Virus record (IMG/VR): IMGVR_UViG_2778261509_000009
Source of the DNA: a virus
Lineage: Duplodnaviria > Heunggongvirae > Uroviricota > Caudoviricetes
Length of the DNA stretch: 4,449 bases
Strand: one strand, 5' to 3'
This document shows, one piece after another, positions 1 through 4,408 of the stretch (the stretch's first letter is position 1; each line of letters begins with the position of its first letter). The translations under genes were made by a program, and so were the position numbers. The notes below the pieces were generated by a model. The model did no database searches. It was not told where the DNA came from and saw only the letters and a list, made by a program, of their open reading frames with translations.

Positions 1-88
1 CGATTTTTTCCTGAGGTGTTTTACGTTTACGCACCTCTTTTCCTAACAAAACGCCAGCCATCTCAAAATTAGAACTAGTGTTAGACAT
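1..88 (-). CDS. hypothetical protein, N-terminal portion only (gene continues past the left edge)
   Basis: Minus-strand frame is open from an ATG at 88..86 (MSNTSSNFEMAGVLLGKEVRKRKTPQEKI...) to the window edge. An in-frame upstream ATG at 121 is an alternative start. Only a weak SD-like GGA/AGG lies upstream. Same orientation as and directly downstream of the Walker-A ORF. No family recognised. Confidence 0.3.
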   Translation of the reverse strand, partial: MSNTSSNFEMAGVLLGKEVRKRKTPQEKI

Positions 89-149
89 ATATCCAAGCCT
101 ATCTCTTATTTTAAGATACATCTACTGTCTGGTATTTCAGGGGGCCAGC

Positions 150-455
150 TCACATCCAACTTTTTTGATAAGCGGAAAGTTCTCCAGCCATTGCATCCTT
201 GTAAAGTTGATGGGCTGGCCATGGATAGTCACTAAAATTTAGACATACTGAGTAAAACCCGTTGAGATTGGCTGGTTTTCCTCTTCTAAGGTGTTCATAA
301 ATGGCTGTTTTACCAGTACCTTTTCTTCCAAGAACCAACCAAGCCCTACTTTCAATAATATCCTTTATCGCCGGTAGCTTAAAAAAATAGGTCTGTAAGT
401 CCCGATCTGTTTCTGCTGAAACTTGAAATTCTGGTAGCCAGTCTCTAATGTCCAC
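150..455 (-). CDS. small Walker-A (P-loop) protein, 101 aa; possibly a truncated or minimal NTPase
   Basis: ORF from the six-frame track. GTG start at 455 preceded by a strong SD (minus strand reads GTAAAGAGGAAAAT-GTG). Translation contains LVLGRKGTGKTAI, which fits the Walker A pattern GxxxxGK[ST]. No clear Walker B follows and the ORF is too short for a complete ATPase domain. Coding sequence is AT-rich by eye compared with the replication genes. Confidence 0.55.
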   Translation of the reverse strand: MDIRDWLPEFQVSAETDRDLQTYFFKLPAIKDIIESRAWLVLGRKGTGKTAIYEHLRRGKPANLNGFYSVCLNFSDYPWPAHQLYKDAMAGELSAYQKSWM

Positions 456-523
456 ATTTTCCTCTTTACATTACATTACCTTTATGTTTTTCCAAAATAA
501 ATCAAAGTCATATGGCGTATCAA

Positions 524-561
524 GTTTTTTTGATTATTTATGAGCTCATACTCAAAAAAAC
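524..561. repeat. imperfect palindrome: 12-bp perfect palindrome TATGAGCTCATA (539-550) flanked by inverted arms GTTTTTTTGA (524-533) and TCAAAAAAAC (552-561)
   Basis: Read directly from the sequence. The outer arms are exact reverse complements but are asymmetrically spaced around the central palindrome. Lies in the AT-rich intergenic region about 70-105 bp upstream (minus-strand sense) of the Walker-A ORF start. Confidence 0.5.
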
Positions 562-770
562 TAAATCTAATTTATCTTACGTTAACTAAAGATTTCATAT
601 GTTAGTATGCTCAAGCAATGCTACTGCTGGAGTCTGATGATATCCGTTATACACTAATTGCCACGCACACAAGCGACATCAGTTCATGGCACAAAGCAGA
701 CAACCACGCTACCTCTACCCTATGCCATGAAAATGTCAATTTACATCTTAACTAATGCACTTTAATCTCG

Positions 771-1193
771 TCACTTAAATAGATACCGAACATTTCCCTG
801 ATAAAACGACAATATGCGCTGCATAACTTCGCTCTTCCGGCACTCGCGACAGATTATGTTTAGACGACTGTCGTAGCGACGTATTTCTCCATCAGGTAGT
901 GACCAGATAAGGTCCGGATCAACCACAGCGGGTTTCTTCACCTTCGCCCTAGAGAGTTTTTTGCGGGCATTTTGCCAGTCCTTTCGTGCCTGTTCAGACG
1001 GGAATAACCCGTAGCCGGAGTTGTATACATAACCACTGGCAACCAGCTCTCTGGCAAGAATGCTCATCAGATATCTTGTCGCACCTGTTTTAGCTTCCAA
1101 CTGTCGTAATGTCTCGCGACCGCTCTGGCGCACAAGTTCGACCACCTGCTCTTTAATTTTTTCCCGCTCTTCCTGTGTAAAAACTTTTGCCAC
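771..1193 (-). CDS. hypothetical 140-aa protein immediately downstream of the replication initiator; N-terminus looks like a winged-helix/HTH-type DNA-binding region (by-eye impression only)
   Basis: ORF from the track. GTG start at 1193 preceded by a near-consensus SD (minus strand reads TAAGGAGGACTT-GTG). Begins 40 nt after the initiator stop, same strand. N-terminal stretch TQEEREKIKEQVVELVRQSGRETLRQLEAKTGATRYLMSILARELVASGYV has the helix-turn-helix look of small regulators. No specific family recognised. Confidence 0.75.
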   Translation of the reverse strand: MAKVFTQEEREKIKEQVVELVRQSGRETLRQLEAKTGATRYLMSILARELVASGYVYNSGYGLFPSEQARKDWQNARKKLSRAKVKKPAVVDPDLIWSLPDGEIRRYDSRLNIICRECRKSEVMQRILSFYQGNVRYLFK

Positions 1194-1233
1194 AAGTCCT
1201 CCTTAAAATTACCTCATGACCTGAAATCAACAC

Positions 1234-2199
1234 TTATCCCCTGAAACCAGGCGGAATTTCTGTATCCGGTTCAGAAATATGATTCACACAACGCTGTACA
1301 GGTGAACGTCCCAAGCGGATGACCAGTTCGTCCCATTTTTCGCGGAGTTTTGACGGGCTCATGATGTTTTTTACCCAGAATGGATCTCGCTGTACCCGAC
1401 CAAACATTTCGCAAATTTGTCTGTGGCTTCTGCCATCCAGCATCCGCATTGTGCGCACGTCATTGGCCCAGGCTGTCCAGTTAGGCTCTTTTGGTCGCAT
1501 GATCTCTCCATCGTCGCTGGCAGCCTGTTCGTAAAGGTTCACGATCCGCCCCCAAATCCACTGCGCACACGCCAAATCCTCCCTGCTACCCCACTGGCGT
1601 TTTTTCGCACTAAACACAACCGCGTCGGGGTTCCGGGTTAAAAAATCCTGTTCAGCGGTCTGCGGGTCCGGTTGCGAAGCTTCCGGACGAAAAGTGTTTT
1701 TATTCTCTGTAGTAATCTCTGTTGTATTCTCTGTAAGATCATCAGGCCATTTTGACCCGATGACATTGGGTCGTTTTGAACCAATGGAGCGTTTCATTTT
1801 GACCTCTTCCATCGTGTCATTTTGACCTGATGGAGCGGCGCATTTTGAACCGATGGATTCGTTCAATTTGCCACCATCTAAAAGCTCGCTCCCATAGTTG
1901 ATCGTGTAGAAATTGGTCATATCGCGCTTTGATTTATTGAGCTTTTCACAACGCAAAAGCCCCAGCGTTTTCAGACTTGCAAACGCGCGCTTTAACGTTG
2001 ACTCTGACCAGAATGGGAACTGTTCCAGCCATTGTTCCGTTGTGTTGTAAATCCAGCGAACACCATCACATTCCATGCCGGAATTGGTATCTCTCAACCA
2101 GTAATGCAACTGCTGCAACACAATGGCTTCATTTAAGCCAATCTTCATCGCAAGCTGTGTGTTTATAACCAGTGGGCGTTCAGCAAAAAGAAGGCTCAT
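1234..2199 (-). CDS. phage replication initiator (functional analogue of lambda O; iteron-binding origin-recognition protein)
   Basis: Long minus-strand ORF. The origin-like repeat array lies inside the coding sequence and encodes a repetitive low-complexity linker (SIGSK..SIGSK..VIGSK, TENTTEITTEN), as in lambda where ori sits within O. N-terminal region (AMKIGLNEAIVLQQLHYWL...WSESTLKRAFASLKTLGLL) resembles winged-helix origin-binding domains. Gene order Cro, cII-position gene, initiator matches lambdoid early operons. The track ORF begins at a TTG (2253); I place the start at the first ATG (2199, MSLLFAERPLV...), which overlaps the upstream gene by 20 nt. The start remains uncertain. Confidence 0.8.
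   Translation of the reverse strand: MSLLFAERPLVINTQLAMKIGLNEAIVLQQLHYWLRDTNSGMECDGVRWIYNTTEQWLEQFPFWSESTLKRAFASLKTLGLLRCEKLNKSKRDMTNFYTINYGSELLDGGKLNESIGSKCAAPSGQNDTMEEVKMKRSIGSKRPNVIGSKWPDDLTENTTEITTENKNTFRPEASQPDPQTAEQDFLTRNPDAVVFSAKKRQWGSREDLACAQWIWGRIVNLYEQAASDDGEIMRPKEPNWTAWANDVRTMRMLDGRSHRQICEMFGRVQRDPFWVKNIMSPSKLREKWDELVIRLGRSPVQRCVNHISEPDTEIPPGFRG
1701..1736. repeat. three tandem 12-bp repeats (TATTCTCTGTAG / TAATCTCTGTTG / TATTCTCTGTAA); candidate AT-rich unwinding element of the origin
   Basis: Read directly. Period is exactly 12 bp. Immediately adjacent to the iteron array on the side that is downstream in the initiator gene's orientation, matching the lambda ori layout of iterons followed by an AT-rich region. 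Confidence 0.6.
1748..1863. repeat. iteron array: five direct repeats of ~23 bp with core CATTTTGA(C/A)C(N)GATGGA; candidate origin of replication
   Basis: Copies begin at 1748, 1772, 1795, 1818 and 1841 (spacings 24, 23, 23, 23). A degenerate sixth copy (CAATTTGCCACC) begins at 1864. The third copy diverges in its 3' half. Located inside the replication initiator coding sequence. Confidence 0.8.
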
Positions 2200-2701
2200 A
2201 ATTCCATCCAGCTTTTTGTTGGTATTGCAGTCGATACGCAAGTTTGAAAGCAATTGCTTTTTCTATAAGTTCGTCAGTTTCACGATCCACTACGGCAGGA
2301 TCAGCAAAAAGCAGTCCGGACTCCACCACATCGCCATATTCTTTGTTTAACCCGGCGATCATGTACGTGATGCTTTTTCCGTCACTAATTTCACGATACA
2401 ACCTGAAATCATTAATCCGGATAGCCTCCATAATTGCAGGCACTAGCGCCGTGAACTTTTCACGCTTATCCCTAGTGTCGATAGCCTTCCAGCGTTCGAA
2501 TATCTTCACTCGATTAACGCCAAGCGCTCGCTGATCAACCGCGCCACCTTCATCTGTGACACGCTGAACATCGATGTTCGGGCGCTCTTTCAAAGCCCAG
2601 AATGCTTCAGTGATTAATATCGTCGCCTGCTCCTGTGTCATTCCTGGTCGACATATCCAGGCATCCAGAGCCTCACGAGCCTGTTCAGGAGTGATTTTCA
2701 T
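2180..2701 (-). CDS. hypothetical early regulatory protein in the cII position (173 aa); possibly YdaT/CII-like, not verified
   Basis: ORF from the track with an ATG start at 2701. The start lies inside the last codons of the Cro-like gene (17-nt overlap; minus strand reads AATGAAAATCACTCCTGA), and the 3' end overlaps the initiator start by 20 nt, consistent with a tightly coupled operon. Functional assignment is by synteny only. Confidence 0.75.
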   Translation of the reverse strand: MKITPEQAREALDAWICRPGMTQEQATILITEAFWALKERPNIDVQRVTDEGGAVDQRALGVNRVKIFERWKAIDTRDKREKFTALVPAIMEAIRINDFRLYREISDGKSITYMIAGLNKEYGDVVESGLLFADPAVVDRETDELIEKAIAFKLAYRLQYQQKAGWNYEPSFC

Positions 2702-2912
2702 TGTTCAACCGCCCCGCCCGCTTCGTCTTACGATATTCGTCATAAACTTTGGGATCATACTGAAGCTCCCCGCCAGATGCCTCCTGTAGACGCATCGCGC
2801 GACCTTCAGGAACCAGTATCCCCCAAGCAGCAACACTTGCCAGTCTCACTCCTGCGGCATTGGCAAGCTTTGTTTTGCTGCCAAAAAAAGTAATTGCGTC
2901 AGCTTTAAGCAT
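2685..2912 (-). CDS. dicC: Cro-like small DNA-binding protein, DicC-type (75 aa)
   Basis: Translation MLKADAITFFGSKTKLANAAGVRLASVAAW...GRAMRLQEASGGELQYDPKVYDEYRKTKRAGRLNNENHS matches my recollection of E. coli Qin DicC and the YdaS/Cro-like family. Divergent from the DicA-like repressor. The track ORF starts at a TTG (2915); the adjacent ATG at 2912 has a consensus SD (minus strand reads AATAGGAGGCTTTG-ATG). Confidence 0.88.
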   Translation of the reverse strand: MLKADAITFFGSKTKLANAAGVRLASVAAWGILVPEGRAMRLQEASGGELQYDPKVYDEYRKTKRAGRLNNENHS

Positions 2913-2925
2913 CAAAGCCTCCTAT

Positions 2926-2943
2926 TGTTAGACTTTTCTAACA
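2926..2943. promoter_or_regulatory. operator O1: palindrome TGTTAGA-cttt-TCTAACA in the dicC/dicA divergent intergenic region
   Basis: Exact 7-bp inverted arms with a 4-bp spacer, read directly. The same palindrome recurs at 3437-3454. Lies immediately upstream of the dicC-like SD and overlaps the candidate -10 of the minus-strand promoter. Confidence 0.65.
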
Positions 2944-2970
2944 TTATTGTGCGCGGGATACCTAAGTCAA
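2943..2970 (-). promoter_or_regulatory. candidate sigma70 promoter for the Cro-like/replication operon: -35 TTGACT (plus-strand 2965-2970), 16-bp spacer, -10 AATAAT (plus-strand 2943-2948)
   Basis: Hexamers read on the minus strand. Predicted transcription start near 2936, giving a leader of about 24 nt to the dicC-like ATG. Operator O1 overlaps the -10 and start site. Not experimentally supported. Confidence 0.4.
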
Positions 2971-2992
2971 GAAAAATTAGAATTACCTAACT

Positions 2993-3400
2993 ATGGATAC
3001 AAGAACCCTAGGCCAGCGAGTTCTGGCGCGACGAAAAGAATTACGCTTAACACAACGAGAAGCTGCGCGCCTCGCTGGGGTTGCTCACGTCACAATTTCA
3101 CAATGGGAAAGAGACGAAACCCAGCCAGTCGGAAAACGATTGTTTGCTTTAGCGGATGCTCTGAAGTGCTCACCTACATGGCTAATGTTTGGTGACGAAG
3201 ACAAGGCACCAGTGCCGGCACAAGAACTTCATGTGGAAACAGAGCTAACTCCCAACCACAAAGAATTGATCGAATTATTCGATGCTCTTCCATCTTCCGA
3301 GCAGGAAGCCTTGCTGTCTGAAATGCGCGCAAGAGTAGAAAACTTCAACAAACTCTTCGAAGAAATGCTTAAAGCGCGTAAAAATAAATCAATAAAATAA
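2993..3400 (+). CDS. dicA: XRE-family HTH repressor, DicA-like (135 aa); prophage immunity repressor
   Basis: ATG start. Classic HTH region LTQREAARLAGVAHVTISQWERDE. Overall sequence (...GKRLFALADALKCSPTWLMFGDEDK...LIELFDALPSSEQEALLSEMRARVENFNKLFEEMLKARK) matches my recollection of E. coli DicA in length and motifs. Divergently arranged with the Cro-like gene. Confidence 0.92.
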   Translation: MDTRTLGQRVLARRKELRLTQREAARLAGVAHVTISQWERDETQPVGKRLFALADALKCSPTWLMFGDEDKAPVPAQELHVETELTPNHKELIELFDALPSSEQEALLSEMRARVENFNKLFEEMLKARKNKSIK

Positions 3401-3432
3401 CATTCTTTTCAAGTGATTAGTTGCGCCCACTC

Positions 3433-3458
3433 TTTTTGTTAGACTAATCTAACAAAAA
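3433..3458. promoter_or_regulatory. operator O2: perfect 11-bp inverted repeat TTTTTGTTAGA-ctaa-TCTAACAAAAA (core TGTTAGA-N4-TCTAACA at 3437-3454)
   Basis: Read directly; arms are exact reverse complements. Same core and spacer length as O1. Sits between the repressor stop and the ydfA-like gene. Confidence 0.7.
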
Positions 3459-3462
3459 ACAC

Positions 3463-3491
3463 TTGCCTCTTATGTTAGGTTATTCTAAATT
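3463..3491 (+). promoter_or_regulatory. candidate promoter of the rightward operon: -35 TTGCCT (3463-3468), 17-bp spacer, -10 TAAATT (3486-3491)
   Basis: Weak hexamers (each about 4/6 to consensus), but flanked by O2 upstream and overlapped by O3, the arrangement expected for a repressor-controlled promoter. Low confidence. Confidence 0.3.
3473..3490. promoter_or_regulatory. operator O3 (degenerate): TGTTAGg-ttat-TCTAAat
   Basis: Same 7-4-7 architecture as O1 and O2 with one mismatch in the left arm and two in the right arm. Centre lies 36 bp from the O2 centre. Confidence 0.5.
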
Positions 3492-3568
3492 ACTTTCCAT
3501 CAAGACACCGCACGGTGTTCTCAGCAAACAGTTCCGCTACCCCGGCGTTAAGGGGAAATGAGGTCAGC

Positions 3569-3721
3569 ATGGATACTATCGATCTTGGCAACAGCGAATC
3601 TCTGGTATGTGGCGTGTTCCCCAACCAGGACGGCACGTTCACCGCGATGACGTATACCAAAAGCAAAACGTTTAAAACCGAATCTGGCGCGCGTTGCTGG
3701 TTAGCCAGAAACACTGACTGA
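3569..3721 (+). CDS. ydfA: YdfA-like small protein (50 aa), first gene of the repressor-controlled rightward operon
   Basis: ATG at 3569 preceded by an SD (GGGGAAATGAGGTCAGC-ATG). Translation MDTIDLGNSESLVCGVFPNQDGTFTAMTYTKSKTFKTESGARCWLARNTD matches my recollection of E. coli Qin YdfA, which follows dicA in Qin. The track ORF begins earlier at 3515, but that extension has no homology support. Confidence 0.8.
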   Translation: MDTIDLGNSESLVCGVFPNQDGTFTAMTYTKSKTFKTESGARCWLARNTD

Positions 3722-4098
3722 TGAGGCTGACGATGGAATTTAAAGATTTACCGTCTGATGTACAGAAAACAGCAGCTCATACATTGCATTCTGTGCTGCG
3801 AGAAATCGGGAAAGATATTGCAAGCGAGCCAGCAAAAGATCTGGCCCGGAAAATCAAGACCGCTTTCGTTGAGCTTTATAATGTTGGCACTGACTCTGAA
3901 ACTGTCGAGACCAAGACCGTAAGTTCACCAATATTCTCACTTGAGCCAGGCGTATTATCAGGTGAAATATGCACCGAGATTTCCAGCGAACTGCTTCCGG
4001 TAATACGAGAAGCAATTTGCCGTCGCGGTTTGGATGGAAGTTACGATCATGACGTCCTGCAAGTTCTCAGGACAATGGTGACTTCACTGGGGATTTGA
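3721..4098 (+). CDS. hypothetical acidic protein (125 aa; 121 aa if started at 3733), unknown function
   Basis: ATG at 3721 overlaps the ydfA-like stop by one base (TGATG), suggesting translational coupling. An alternative ATG at 3733 has a GAGG SD 6 nt upstream. No family recognised. Occupies the position where Qin carries ydfB/ydfC/dicF/dicB. Confidence 0.6.
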   Translation: MRLTMEFKDLPSDVQKTAAHTLHSVLREIGKDIASEPAKDLARKIKTAFVELYNVGTDSETVETKTVSSPIFSLEPGVLSGEICTEISSELLPVIREAICRRGLDGSYDHDVLQVLRTMVTSLGI

Positions 4099-4267
4099 TC
4101 CCTGCGTCCTCTAACCTTTTGATATAGCGGTCCTCCAAGAAGCGGTAAATTTTGTCGAAATCATCTTTCCCCTCTGGTTTATTCAGAGGATTACAGGACC
4201 CGTAAGTAGCGGCATACATTTCAACCGTTTTATCAAAAATATAAGAGACAAATTCTTCTTTAGTCAT
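4067..4267 (-). CDS. hypothetical 66-aa protein, convergent with and overlapping the preceding plus-strand gene
   Basis: Internal ATG at 4267 with a good SD (minus strand reads AAGGAAATCTAT-ATG). Its 3' end overlaps the plus-strand ORF by 32 nt (4067-4098). The frame stays open upstream to the right window edge, so a longer product is possible. No family recognised. Confidence 0.5.
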   Translation of the reverse strand: MTKEEFVSYIFDKTVEMYAATYGSCNPLNKPEGKDDFDKIYRFLEDRYIKRLEDAGIKSPVKSPLS

Positions 4268-4346
4268 ATAGATTTCCTTCTTGGTTATTCGGGATAAGAA
4301 GGATACCACCTCGCCTGACGTGGTTAAAAGCAGGCACACAACACGA

Positions 4347-4408
4347 AAGCGCACGGCGAAGTTCGTCTCACTGTACGGTGTCGTTAAATTTAATTCGACC
4401 GTGCGCTT
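4347..4408. repeat. 10-bp perfect inverted repeat AAGCGCACGG (4347-4356) / CCGTGCGCTT (4399-4408) separated by 42 nt
   Basis: Read directly. Lies upstream (minus-strand sense) of the 66-aa ORF. A small hairpin CCGCG-aaatgg-CGCGG at 4423-4438 is nearby. Function unknown. Confidence 0.45.

Noticed and set aside
512-589. 25-aa plus-strand micro-ORF (MAYQVFLIIYELILKKTKSNLSYVN) in the AT-rich spacer
   Set aside because: No RBS, AT-rich sequence readily yields such short ORFs, and it spans the palindrome; no evidence it is a gene.
647-655. DnaA-box-like 9-mer TTATACACT
   Set aside because: One mismatch to TTATNCACA, a single copy, far from the iteron origin; a few such matches are expected by chance in a window of this size.
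734-739. Perfect -35 hexamer TTGACA on the minus strand just downstream of the 140-aa gene stop
   Set aside because: No acceptable -10 hexamer at 15-19 bp spacing downstream, so I could not support a promoter call.
2200-2253. TTG start at 2253 for the replication initiator, as in the track ORF
   Set aside because: No SD and it would give a 74-nt overlap with the upstream gene; the first ATG at 2199 is more plausible, though still uncertain. A further ATG at 2148 has no SD.
1319-2789. Six plus-strand track ORFs (1319-1534, 1417-1641, 1977-2168, 2123-2350, 2244-2534, 2574-2789) antisense to the initiator, cII-position and Cro-like genes
   Set aside because: All lie entirely within longer minus-strand genes that have family-level or synteny support and repeat-encoded structure; their translations are low-complexity (Ser/Ala/Arg-rich) and they lack convincing ribosome-binding sites. 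Most likely shadow ORFs.
2947-3195. 82-aa plus-strand ORF overlapping the 5' end of the DicA-like gene in another frame
   Set aside because: Out of frame with a well-supported HTH repressor gene and starting inside the operator/promoter region; the translation has no recognisable features.
3515-3568. Longer version of the ydfA-like ORF starting at ATG 3515
   Set aside because: The recognisable YdfA-like sequence begins at the internal Met (3569), which has a proper SD; the upstream extension would begin within the promoter/operator region.
3490-3714. 74-aa minus-strand ORF antisense to the ydfA-like gene
   Set aside because: Overlaps a gene with recalled homology support (YdfA-like) and the candidate promoter region; no RBS; probably a shadow ORF.
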